From positions 4,586,497 through 4,618,496 of the forward strand of contig NC_003902.1 in NCBI RefSeq assembly GCF_000007145.1: DNA of 32,000 nt. Reading direction: 5' to 3'. Each line of letters opens with the position of its first letter. The stretch's first letter is position 1. Source of the DNA: Xanthomonas campestris pv. campestris str. ATCC 33913. Lineage in GTDB: Bacteria; Pseudomonadota; Gammaproteobacteria; Xanthomonadales; Xanthomonadaceae. The notes under the pieces were generated by a model. The model saw only the letters and a list, made by a program, of their open reading frames with translations. It ran no database searches and had not been told where the DNA came from. A program made the translations under genes and the position numbers. Positions 8,954 through 18,080 of the stretch are shown piece after piece.

Positions 8954-10840
8954 TCAGCCCAACGGCTCGTCGGACAGATAGGTGTAGCCGGTCAGGCCGG
9001 CTTCCAGGGCGTCGTGCAATTCCTGCGCGCGCTCGGGCGGCAACTGCGCCGCGGCGATACGTTCGGCATAGGTAGCACGCAGGGTGTCCAGCTGATAGCC
9101 CACGTAGTCGAGCATCACATCGGTGGTGTCGCCGCGACGCTGCTGCGCGATGCGGTAGCCGGTGCCGTCCACCGCCACTTCCACCGCATCGGTATCGCCG
9201 AACAGGTTATGGATGTCGCCCAGGATTTCCTGGTAGGCACCCACCAGGAAGAAGCCAATGCGATAGCTCTCGCCGGGGTTCAAGCCATGCAATGGCAGCG
9301 AGCTGTCCAGGCTTTCGTTCTCGACGTAGGTCTTGACCATGCCGTCGGAATCGCAGGTCATGTCGGCGATGATGCCGCGCCGCTGCGGCGCCTCGTTCAG
9401 GCGCTCGATCGGCACGATCGGGAACACCTGATCGATTGCCCACACATCCGGAATCGATTCGAACACGCTGAAGTTGACGAAGTACTTGTCCACCAGCCGC
9501 TCGTTGAGCTCGTCCAGCACCGGGCGATGGCTCTTTTCGTCGAAACTCAGGCGCGCACGCACGCCGTGGGCGATGGCGTAGAACAGGTCATCGATGCGCG
9601 CACGGTGGGTCAGGTCGATCTGGCCCAGCGCGTAGGCACTCAGCCCTTCGGCATGGAAGTGCTGCGCTTCCTGGAACAGTTCCACCGCCGGGCGCACATC
9701 GAGCTCGTCGTGGATCTCGCGCAGGTGACGGATCGCCGCCGGCTCGTCGTCGTGCGCATCCGGCACGCGGCCTTCCGGCGCCTGCTCCACTTCCGAGACG
9801 TTGGCGATCAACACTGCGTGGTGCGCGGTCATCGCGCGGCCGCATTCGGTGACGATGCGCGGCGGTGGCAGGCCGTGCTCTTCGCAGGCACTGGCCAGCG
9901 GCTGCACGATGTTGCTGGCGTACGAATGCAGGCCGTAATTGATCGAGCAATAGCTGCGCGAACGCGTGCCTTCGTAGTCGATGCCCAAGCCGCCGCCGAC
10001 ATCCACATGGCTGATCTTCGCGCCCAGGCGCGAGAGTTCCACGAAATACCGGGTGGCCTCGCGCATGCCGTTGGCGATGTCGCGCACGTTGGAAATCTGC
10101 GAGCCCATATGGAAATGCAGCAGGTTCAGGCTATCGGCGTATTCGGTGTCGCGCAGCGACTTCCACAGGTCCAGCACCTGGCGCGGCGACAGCCCGAACT
10201 TGGCCTTGTCGCCACCGCTGTTCTGCCACTTGCCCGCGCCCAGCGACGCCAGCCGCATGCGCACGCCCAGGCCCGGCTTGACGTCCAGCGCGCGCGCCTC
10301 TTCCAGCACCAGGTTCAGCTCGGAGGGCTTTTCGATGACGATGAAGGTCTGCAGGCCGAGCTTGCGCCCGATCAGCGCCAGGCGGATGTACTCGCGATCC
10401 TTGTAGCCGTTGCAGACGATCAGCCCACCCGGACGCGACAGTGCCAGCACCGCCATCAGCTCGGGCTTGCTGCCCGCTTCCAGGCCGAAGCCCTCGCCGT
10501 GGTGGCTGGCCAGCGTGCCGGCCACGCCACGGTGCTGGTTGACCTTGATCGGGTACACCGCGGTGTAACCACCGGCGTAGTCCCAATCGGCCTGGGCCTG
10601 GGCGAACGCCGCCTGCAGCTTGCCCAGGCGCTGGCCCAGGATGTCCGGGAAGCGCACCAGCAGCGGCAGCTTGGCGCCGGCCGCACGCGCGGCATCCACC
10701 ACTTCGGGCAGCGACACCGCAGGGCCGTCGGCGGTCGGTCTGACCACCACATGGCCGGCGTCGTTCACATCGAAATACCCATCGGCCCAATGCGGGATCG
10801 AGTAGGTCTTGCGGGCTTGGTCGAGGGACCAATCGCTCAT
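8954..10840 (-). CDS. speA: Biosynthetic arginine decarboxylase
   Basis: The gene is 628 aa from ATG 10840 (MSDWSLDQARKTYSIPHWADGYFDVN, the typical SpeA N-terminus). PLP-dependent decarboxylase features run throughout (YPIKVNQ, LEAGSKPEL, HFHMGSQ, DVGGGLGIDYEG). The 57 extra residues of the ORF-track start (11011) cross the intergenic region. Confidence 0.95.
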   Translation of the reverse strand: MSDWSLDQARKTYSIPHWADGYFDVNDAGHVVVRPTADGPAVSLPEVVDAARAAGAKLPLLVRFPDILGQRLGKLQAAFAQAQADWDYAGGYTAVYPIKVNQHRGVAGTLASHHGEGFGLEAGSKPELMAVLALSRPGGLIVCNGYKDREYIRLALIGRKLGLQTFIVIEKPSELNLVLEEARALDVKPGLGVRMRLASLGAGKWQNSGGDKAKFGLSPRQVLDLWKSLRDTEYADSLNLLHFHMGSQISNVRDIANGMREATRYFVELSRLGAKISHVDVGGGLGIDYEGTRSRSYCSINYGLHSYASNIVQPLASACEEHGLPPPRIVTECGRAMTAHHAVLIANVSEVEQAPEGRVPDAHDDEPAAIRHLREIHDELDVRPAVELFQEAQHFHAEGLSAYALGQIDLTHRARIDDLFYAIAHGVRARLSFDEKSHRPVLDELNERLVDKYFVNFSVFESIPDVWAIDQVFPIVPIERLNEAPQRRGIIADMTCDSDGMVKTYVENESLDSSLPLHGLNPGESYRIGFFLVGAYQEILGDIHNLFGDTDAVEVAVDGTGYRIAQQRRGDTTDVMLDYVGYQLDTLRATYAERIAAAQLPPERAQELHDALEAGLTGYTYLSDEPLG

Positions 10841-10872
10841 TTCGTTGTCTCGGCTGGGGCAAAAGGGCGTGA

Positions 10873-10908
10873 ATTGTAACGCCTGGCATGCCGAGGGTCC
10901 GTTACAAT
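10873..10908. promoter_or_regulatory. Perfect 9-bp inverted repeat in the speA/speE divergent promoter region
   Basis: ATTGTAACG (10873-10881) and CGTTACAAT (10900-10908) are separated by 18 nt. Each arm reads TACAAT (a near-consensus -10 hexamer) toward its own gene. It may be an operator, a promoter pair or an RNA hairpin; these cannot be told apart from sequence. Confidence 0.4.
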
Positions 10909-10915
10909 CCGCGCC

Positions 10916-11066
10916 GATCTGACGCCCTGTTCCCGATGGAAACGGGGCTGACGAGGGCTCGGACCTGGCCGTCAGCCGCATGGCTGCACCAGGCTGCGCC
11001 CCGACCCTCACCTGGCGCCGTGCGCCACCTTCTCCCGCCGGGAGCAGGAACAGCCCGTTTCTTTTC
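10916..11066 (+). promoter_or_regulatory. Candidate structured 5' leader / attenuator of speE
   Basis: Hairpin 10924-10948 is GCCCTGTTCC-CGAT-GGAAACGGGGC, 10 bp with one bulge. Its 3' arm (10939-10950, GAAACGGGGCTG) can instead pair with 11051-11061 (CAGCCCGTTTC), which is followed by TTTCTTTTCG. CTGACG occurs twice (10919, 10948) against a single CGTCAG (10970). These are mutually exclusive helices ending in a U-tract about 20 nt before the speE RBS. Confidence 0.35.
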
Positions 11067-11081
11067 GATTAGGACGTCCGC

Positions 11082-11939
11082 ATGAGCACCAACGACAACT
11101 GGTACATCGAACACTTCCAGCCCACCGGCTCGGCCATCGGCTACCGCATCAGCGGCAAGCTGGACGAGGTGCAGTCTCCGTTCCAGAAGATCGAGATCTA
11201 CCAGACCACCGATTGGGGCAAGCTGATGATCATCGACGGCGCGGTGATGCTCACCAGCCGCGACAACTTCTTCTATCACGAGATGATCAGCCACCCGGCG
11301 CTGTTCACCCATGCCGCACCCAAGCGCGTGGTGATCATCGGTGGCGGCGACTGCGGCACGCTGCGCGAGGTGCTCAAGCACCCCGGCGTGGAAAGCGCCA
11401 CCCAGTGCGACATCGACGAGCAGGTCACCCGCATGTCGGAGAAGTACTTCCCCGAACTGTGCGATTCCAATGACGATGCGCGCGCCGAGCTGCTGTTCGA
11501 CGACGGCGTGGCCTACATGGCCAATTGCCCGGCCGGCAGCGTGGATATCGTGATCGTGGATTCCACCGACCCGGTGGGCCCGGCCGAAGGCCTGTTCAAC
11601 AAGTCCTTCTACGAGAGCTGCTTCAAGGCACTCAAGGACGACGGCATCCTGGTGCAGCAATCCGAATCGCCGCTGGCGCTGCTGGACCTGATCAAGGAAA
11701 TGCGCACGGAAATGGGCAAGGCCGGCTTCCAGTCGTTCAAGACCCTGCCGTTCCCGCAGCCGTGCTACCCCACCGGCTGGTGGAGCGTGACCATGGCCAG
11801 CAAGCAGGCCAACGCGGATTTCGCCTTCCGCCAGGCCGACGCGCAGGCCAAGGGCTTCGACACGCTGTACTACACCGCGCACCTGCACACCGGCGTGCTG
11901 GTGGCACCGCCGTTTGTGGCCAAGGCGCTGGGCGAGTAA
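11082..11939 (+). CDS. speE: Spermidine synthase (polyamine aminopropyltransferase)
   Basis: This 285-aa protein contains YHEM..H, VVIIGGGDCGTLREVLKH, QCDIDE, DSTDPVGPAEGLF and the full SpeE architecture. Confidence 0.95.
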   Translation: MSTNDNWYIEHFQPTGSAIGYRISGKLDEVQSPFQKIEIYQTTDWGKLMIIDGAVMLTSRDNFFYHEMISHPALFTHAAPKRVVIIGGGDCGTLREVLKHPGVESATQCDIDEQVTRMSEKYFPELCDSNDDARAELLFDDGVAYMANCPAGSVDIVIVDSTDPVGPAEGLFNKSFYESCFKALKDDGILVQQSESPLALLDLIKEMRTEMGKAGFQSFKTLPFPQPCYPTGWWSVTMASKQANADFAFRQADAQAKGFDTLYYTAHLHTGVLVAPPFVAKALGE

Positions 11940-11993
11940 GCGTGAGAAACGCCGGCAGTGGAGTACGCGCTTGCCGGCGTCGTGTGAAACGAG

Positions 11994-12023
11994 AACGGGG
12001 CGGATGTTGTCATCCGCCCCGTT
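11994..12023. terminator. Bidirectional terminator hairpin between convergent speE and the OMP gene
   Basis: AACGGGGCGGATG-TTGT-CATCCGCCCCGTT forms a perfect 13-bp stem. A second hairpin (GCCGGCA..TGCCGGC) lies at 11951-11978. The U-tracts are weak on both strands. Confidence 0.6.
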
Positions 12024-12053
12024 GCCACATCTGCAGTTCCGACGCGCGTCTGA

Positions 12054-12836
12054 TCAGAAGCGCACTTCGGCACCAACGTTCAGCACTTCTGCGCGATTGA
12101 TGGTGATGTCTTCATCCGAGTAGTAGTAATCGTTGGCGTACACATAGTTCGTATAGAGCACGCTCAAGCTCGCGTGCCGGCCGAGGTCGACGCCAACGCC
12201 CGCACCGGCATAGCCGCCGGAAACGCGCTCGTTCGAGTCGCCTTGTGAATTAGCCGACCAGTATCCCAGCCGCACGACGGCAAACAGTGGGCTGTCGCCG
12301 AAGTTGAAGCGCGCCATGCCGCCCAGACTGCCGAATTCCACGCTAGGAACGTAGTAGCCGTCGTGATCACTGATACGGGCCAGCTTTCCAACTGCGGCCT
12401 CGAGGCCGATCAACGTCACCGGACCTGCCCGCCACCGATAACCGGCGTTGAGGCCAAGCATGTCCTGGTCGATGCTTTCGTACACCTTGCCCTGGCCGCC
12501 CTGCACACCGATAAACGCGCCACTCTTCAGGCGTTGTTCTTCCTGGCGTGGTGGCGGTGGTGCATACGCTGGTGCTGGTGTCGTGTCCACGACCGGGTAC
12601 GGCGCAGTGGCGGTAGTCATTCCATCGCTGGCGGTCCCGCTCGCATCTGTAGACTGCGGCGACGTGACGCGTGTTTGCTGCGTACTTGAGGCAGGCGCCT
12701 CCGCCCCCTGCGTACCGGCCTGCTGCTTTTGCTGCTGGCGGTAGCTGTCCCAGCCGCGCGATAACGATTGCGCCGAGGCCTGTGCCGTGACGCCAAGCGC
12801 CGTGCAGGCCAACAGCAGTGTTGCGGTCCTTTTCAT
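12054..12836 (-). CDS. Outer-membrane beta-barrel protein (OmpA-like/OMP_b-brl family) with a low-complexity N-terminal region
   Basis: The signal peptide is MKRTATLLLACTALGVTAQASA. It is followed by about 90 aa of Q/S/T/P-rich linker, then alternating amphipathic strands (GYRW, GLEAAVG, RLGYW, GAGVGVDL). The C-terminal EVRF ends in Phe, as is typical of OMPs. Confidence 0.8.
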   Translation of the reverse strand: MKRTATLLLACTALGVTAQASAQSLSRGWDSYRQQQKQQAGTQGAEAPASSTQQTRVTSPQSTDASGTASDGMTTATAPYPVVDTTPAPAYAPPPPRQEEQRLKSGAFIGVQGGQGKVYESIDQDMLGLNAGYRWRAGPVTLIGLEAAVGKLARISDHDGYYVPSVEFGSLGGMARFNFGDSPLFAVVRLGYWSANSQGDSNERVSGGYAGAGVGVDLGRHASLSVLYTNYVYANDYYYSDEDITINRAEVLNVGAEVRF

Positions 12837-13254
12837 CGCATCCCCATGTGTGGAACTCCATCGTCTTCCGCATCCTTGCGCGCGCAGGCATGGCCCAACG
12901 GCGTCCGGAAGTGGCGCAGTTGCCGTCAGTAGCTGGAGGCGTTCCCCACATCACCGTATGGCACGCGGCGCGCACGCCTTGGCACGCGCGCGAGTGATGC
13001 AGCCCCCTGACCGCAGCGGCACAGTGCCTGGAGTCTCATGCGCGGTCAAGACGTTAAGTGACCGGTTTCCGATGGACGGTTGAGGCGCGATGCCTGGTCC
13101 TTCCGGGCTGTCAGCCGTGCCTCGTCTCAACATAGCCGTTGTGCTGCGCCACCTCGGCATTTACCTCCAGCAACCGCCTGCCCCGGCACGATCGCCCAAG
13201 TGACTGATCTGGCAAAACGTTCCACCTCCGGAACATTTCATTTTTTTAACAAAT

Positions 13255-13286
13255 CTAATTTCAGAATTTGAAAGTTCTAAAATTAG
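13255..13286. promoter_or_regulatory. AT-rich 32-bp palindrome in the divergent OMP/kinase promoter region
   Basis: CTAATTTCAGAA-TTTGAAAG-TTCTAAAATTAG has arms matching 11 of 12. It is embedded in the only strongly AT-rich patch (about 13235-13290) of this part of the window, about 80 bp upstream of ATG 13365. Confidence 0.4.
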
Positions 13287-13364
13287 TCGGTCCCGATCCT
13301 TGCGATCACCGTGGACCTGCAGACGCGTGACCACTCCCGCGCCCCCAGAGTCCGGAGAGCCGTC

Positions 13365-14024
13365 ATGCACTACCAAGCGCTGGATACCGCCAGCCTGACC
13401 CTCGCCACCCCCGTGCTGCTCAAGCAAGGCACCCGCCTGCTCGAGCCCACCGTCTACCGCATCCATCTGGATGGGCAGCTGGCGGTGGTCAAGGACTACA
13501 GCCGCTACCGGCGCACCCTGCTGGCGCCGATCGCGCGGCTGATGGTGCGCCACGAGGCCAACATGCTGCGGCGCCTGCAGGGCTGGAAGCATGCACCGGC
13601 CTTGCTCGGCACCTTGGGCGGCCTGGCGCTGGGCATGGAGTTCATTCCCGGCGACACGCTCAGCGCCAGCGCGGTGGTGGGGCAGGAAGTCTTCCAGCAG
13701 CTGCAGCACGCCTTGCGCCGCCTGCATGCGGTGGGCATCACCCATAACGACCTGCATGGCACCAACGTGGTGGTCAGCGCCGGAGTGCCGGTGCTGATCG
13801 ATTTCACCTCGGCGTGGCGGTTCCCGCGCTGGTTACGCCGCAGCACGCTGTCGCGGCAGCTGCAGCGCAGCGATGTGGCGAACTTCCAGAAGATGCGTCG
13901 GCGCCTGGTCGGCATCGCGCCCAGCGACGCCGAAGCCGCGCTCACCGCCGAACCAGGCTGGGTGCGCGGCGTGCGTAACGGCTGGAAGCGGCTGTATCGG
14001 TGGCTGAAGGGTGGCGCTGCCTGA
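13365..14024 (+). CDS. Small protein-kinase-fold protein (RIO / Kdo-LPS-kinase-like)
   Basis: The gene is 219 aa from ATG 13365, with GGAGAG 6 nt upstream; the ORF-track GTG 13311 has no RBS. It has an AVVKDY lysine motif, the catalytic loop ITHNDLHGTNVVV and the metal-binding LIDF. Confidence 0.75.
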   Translation: MHYQALDTASLTLATPVLLKQGTRLLEPTVYRIHLDGQLAVVKDYSRYRRTLLAPIARLMVRHEANMLRRLQGWKHAPALLGTLGGLALGMEFIPGDTLSASAVVGQEVFQQLQHALRRLHAVGITHNDLHGTNVVVSAGVPVLIDFTSAWRFPRWLRRSTLSRQLQRSDVANFQKMRRRLVGIAPSDAEAALTAEPGWVRGVRNGWKRLYRWLKGGAA

Positions 14025-14081
14025 GACCCGGCAGGGGTGGGCTTGCGGTGCGTTGTTGATCGCAGGCTGGTGGGATCAACT

Positions 14082-14109
14082 GGACTGCGGACTGCGGACT
14101 GCGGACTGC
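14082..14109. repeat. Heptanucleotide microsatellite, GGACTGC x4
   Basis: Four perfect tandem copies lie in the intergenic region between the convergent kinase-like gene and glnB. Confidence 0.95.
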
Positions 14110-14298
14110 GATAAGTCTGTGCCCGTAGTAAGTCGGGCTACTGCGGTCGTCCGCAGACGATCACATCCAGATGCACGTGCATGCGCGCATGGCAGCGCCG
14201 TCGATCACGTCGTGGCGAGGTCCACCAGCGTCTCCACCCACTGCCCAGCACCAAGCACTACCTGGGAGCGTGTCATGCATCCCACGGACGAACGTGCC

Positions 14299-15100
<802 letters not shown>

Positions 15101-15115
15101 CCCAAGGCCGCCCCC

Positions 15116-16636
15116 ATGAGTCTGGCGCTGGTGCACAGCCGTGCCCGCGTGGGAGTGCACGCGCCTGAAGTCCGGGTGGAAGTGCATCTCTCCGGCGGCC
15201 TGCCTTCCACCCAGATCGTGGGCCTGCCCGAGGCCGCGGTGCGCGAGTCACGCGAACGGGTCCGTGCCGCCTTGCTGTGCGCACAGTTCGAATTCCCCGC
15301 ACGCCGCATCACCATCAACCTGGCGCCGGCGGATCTGCCCAAGGACGGCGGCCGCTTCGACCTGCCGATCGCGCTCGGCATCCTTGCGGCCAGCGGGCAG
15401 ATCGACCGCCAGGCCCTGGCCGACTACGAATTCCTCGGCGAGCTGGCCCTCACCGGCGAGCTGCGCGGCATCGATGGGGTGCTGCCTGCGGCCCTGGCCG
15501 CCGCGCAGGCCGGGCGGCGCCTGATCGTGCCGCTGGCCAACGGCGCCGAGGCGGCCATCGCCGGACATGTGCAGGCCTTTACCGCGCGCACCTTGCTGGA
15601 AGTGTGCGCCGCACTTAACGGCACCCAGCCGCCACCGCCCGCCGAACTGGCGATCGTGGCGCTCGGCGCCCGCGCGCTACCGGACATGGCCGACGTGCGC
15701 GGGCAACCGCATGCGCGCCGGGCGCTGGAGATCGCCGCGGCCGGCGGCCATCACCTGTTGCTGGTCGGCAGCCCTGGCTGCGGCAAGACCTTGCTGGCCT
15801 CGCGCCTGCCCAGTCTGTTGCCGGACGCCAGCGAGGCCGAGGCGCTGGAAACCGCCGCCATCACCTCCATCAGCGGACGCGGCCTGGACCTGGCGCGCTG
15901 GCGGCAACGTCCTTATCGCGCCCCGCACCATACCGCCAGCGCGGTGGCGCTGGTGGGCGGTGGCACCCATCCGCGCCCGGGTGAGATCTCATTGGCGCAC
16001 AACGGGGTACTGTTCCTGGACGAGCTACCCGAATGGCAGCGGCAGACCCTGGAAGTGCTGCGCGAGCCACTGGAGTCCGGCGTGGTCACCATCTCGCGGG
16101 CCGCGCGCAGCATGGACTTCCCGGCGCGGTTCCAGTTGGTCGCCGCAATGAATCCCTGCCCGTGCGGCTGGGCCGGCGACGCCAGCGGGCGATGCCGCTG
16201 CAGTGGTGACGCCATCCGCCGGTATCGCAGCCGCATCTCCGGGCCGCTGCTGGATCGCATCGACCTGCACGTCGACGTGCCGCGCCTGCCGCCGCAGGCA
16301 CTGCGCAGCGGTGCGACCGGCGAGGACAGTGCCAGCGTGCGTGCACGCGTTGCCGCCGCACGCGAACGCCAGCAGGTACGTGCGCAGGTGCCCAATGCCC
16401 GGCTGGACCAGGCCGCCACCGACCGCCACTGCCGGTTGGGCAATGACGATCAGCTGCTGCTGGAACGCGCCATCGAACATCTGCAGCTGTCCGCACGGTC
16501 GATGCACCGCATCCTGCGCGTTTCGCGCACCATCGCCGATCTCGACGACAGCGCCGACATCGCCACCCGTCACCTCACCGAAGCCATCGGCTACCGCAAA
16601 CTCGACCGTGCCCTTGATACCTCCAGCGCCGCATGA
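15116..16636 (+). CDS. comM: Mg-chelatase-like AAA+ ATPase ComM/YifB
   Basis: The 506-aa protein has a Lon-protease-like N-terminal domain (GLPSTQIVGLPEAAVRESRERV), Walker A GSPGCGKT, GVLFLDELPE, a Cys-rich CPCGW..C.C segment and a C-terminal Mg_chelatase_C domain. The reading frame is uninterrupted. Confidence 0.92.
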   Translation: MSLALVHSRARVGVHAPEVRVEVHLSGGLPSTQIVGLPEAAVRESRERVRAALLCAQFEFPARRITINLAPADLPKDGGRFDLPIALGILAASGQIDRQALADYEFLGELALTGELRGIDGVLPAALAAAQAGRRLIVPLANGAEAAIAGHVQAFTARTLLEVCAALNGTQPPPPAELAIVALGARALPDMADVRGQPHARRALEIAAAGGHHLLLVGSPGCGKTLLASRLPSLLPDASEAEALETAAITSISGRGLDLARWRQRPYRAPHHTASAVALVGGGTHPRPGEISLAHNGVLFLDELPEWQRQTLEVLREPLESGVVTISRAARSMDFPARFQLVAAMNPCPCGWAGDASGRCRCSGDAIRRYRSRISGPLLDRIDLHVDVPRLPPQALRSGATGEDSASVRARVAAARERQQVRAQVPNARLDQAATDRHCRLGNDDQLLLERAIEHLQLSARSMHRILRVSRTIADLDDSADIATRHLTEAIGYRKLDRALDTSSAA

Positions 16637-16637
16637 A

Positions 16638-16679
16638 GGGTCTTGGTTGATGGCTTATAACGGGTCTTGGTTGACGGCT
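16638..16679. repeat. Tandem direct repeat, 24-bp period x2 (core GGGTCTTGGTTGAYGGCT)
   Basis: GGGTCTTGGTTGATGGCT (16638-16655) and GGGTCTTGGTTGACGGCT (16662-16679) lie immediately after the comM stop codon. Confidence 0.8.
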
Positions 16680-17017
16680 CTGGCAACGCAACCTGCGGCA
16701 GACGCATGCGGGGGTCATGGTGCAGGCAAGACACATGGCCGCTGTGGTGTCACCGCAGGACTCGTAGCCAGGCTGCTCTGCGCTGCTCGATCAACACACT
16801 GCGTGTGCCGTGCGCTGCGTGGCCGCACGCCTGCGTTGCACCTGGCTGCGTTAATCTGCTCGGCACGCGCACTGCGCGGCGCCTGCTCGAAACAGCCCGC
16901 TGTGGTCAATCGCAGGAGCCCACAACCAGCGCGTAACGCCACCCCGCACCACATGCCGACACCCGATTCATGGCGGTGCGCGTACAACTGCGGCGATCCC
17001 ACTGCACAGAGGCCGCC

Positions 17018-17527
17018 ATGAGCCGACATCCCGACCTGTCCACCGTCGCATCATTGGACCTGAGCCGTTATCTCGGCACCTGGTACGAGATCGCCCGCCT
17101 GCCGATCCGTTTCGAGGATGCCGATTGCACCGATGTATCTGCGCATTATTCGCTGGACGCCGACGGCGGCATCCGCGTGCAGAACCGCTGCTTCACCGCC
17201 AAGGGCGAGCTCGAGGAAGCGGTTGGGCAGGCACGCGCGATCGATGAAACGGGCGCACGCCTTGAAGTCACCTTTTTGCCGGAAGGCTTGCGCTGGATTC
17301 CCTTCACCAAAGGCGACTACTGGGTGATGCGCATCGATAGCGACTACACCGCTGCGCTGGTTGGCAGCCCGGATCGCAAATACCTGTGGCTGCTGGCGCG
17401 CTTGCCGCAGCTGGACGAAAACATCGCGCAGACCTATCTGGCCCATGCACGCGAGCAGGGCTTCGATCTGGCGCCGCTGATCCACACCCCGCATACGGGG
17501 CGGCTGACCGAGCAGCCGCTCCCGTAG
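17018..17527 (+). CDS. blc: Bacterial lipocalin Blc-like protein
   Basis: The gene is 169 aa from ATG 17018. YLGTWYEIARLPIRFE, YSL..DGGI.V.N and SPDRKYLWLLAR match the E. coli Blc motifs as recalled. No signal peptide or lipobox is visible upstream in this frame. Confidence 0.85.
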   Translation: MSRHPDLSTVASLDLSRYLGTWYEIARLPIRFEDADCTDVSAHYSLDADGGIRVQNRCFTAKGELEEAVGQARAIDETGARLEVTFLPEGLRWIPFTKGDYWVMRIDSDYTAALVGSPDRKYLWLLARLPQLDENIAQTYLAHAREQGFDLAPLIHTPHTGRLTEQPLP

Positions 17528-17537
17528 CGCGGCACCG

Positions 17538-17714
17538 CTAGTTGTTGAGGGTGCCCAGGTCCTTGGCGGCGGCCTGCGCGCCCTCCAGGCTGTCGAAGGC
17601 GACGCCGGTGTCGCCCACCACGTACTTGGTCACCTCGCCGTCGCGGGTGGCCTCCTGCATCTTGAAGATCGGCACTGCATCGGTGCCGCCGACGCGTTCT
17701 TTCTGTTGGGTCAT
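17538..17714 (-). CDS. Small hypothetical protein (58 aa), below the ORF-track length cutoff
   Basis: My own translation is MTQQKERVGGTDAVPIFKMQEATRDGEVTKYVVGDTGVAFDSLEGAQAAAKDLGTLNN. GGAGAA lies 6 nt upstream of the ATG (17714-17712). Third-position GC is high like the neighbouring genes. The gene is convergent with blc, with a 10-nt gap. Confidence 0.55.
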   Translation of the reverse strand: MTQQKERVGGTDAVPIFKMQEATRDGEVTKYVVGDTGVAFDSLEGAQAAAKDLGTLNN

Positions 17715-18080
17715 GGGTCGTTCTCCATCGAGGGCGCCAGCATGGCGCCGAGGTGTCGGATCAGTGCAGCACTGCCGACGACCTGACCCTACCCGCTGCC
17801 CCGACGCGGGTGCGTGAACCTAACAGGGCCGGACCTTTCAACACCGACACAAGCGGCCGCGAGCATAAAAACGCGACCGCTTCGCCGAAACGCTGCCCGC
17901 AATGCACGTGTGTGTCGTACATTCGTGACGTGCAGCCTCATCTGTCACCGCCGCCCGCCATCTCCGTCCCCATGCGGCGGTGCTGCGTGGCCGAACATAC
18001 GCCACAGCGCAGACCACTCTCGAGCGCGCCGTGCGCGGCTGCCCACCCTGCCATCGGCCAGCCGGCAATGCTGGCCACCC

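Noticed and set aside
8876-11888. Long ORFs 8876..10879(+) and 10902..11888(-), opposite speA and speE
   Set aside because: They mirror the frames of two unmistakable housekeeping genes. Their sequences are dominated by A/R/G/H/V/Q and contain no recognisable domain.
15116-16636. comM as a genomic-island insertion hot spot
   Set aside because: The comM reading frame is intact and full length (506 aa), with no integrase, direct repeats or foreign DNA interrupting it.
16667-17029. ORFs 16667..16936(+) and 16715..17029(-) in the comM-blc intergenic region
   Set aside because: The translations are Cys/Arg/Trp-rich and implausible, with no RBS. The region is better explained as intergenic DNA containing the 24-bp tandem repeat.
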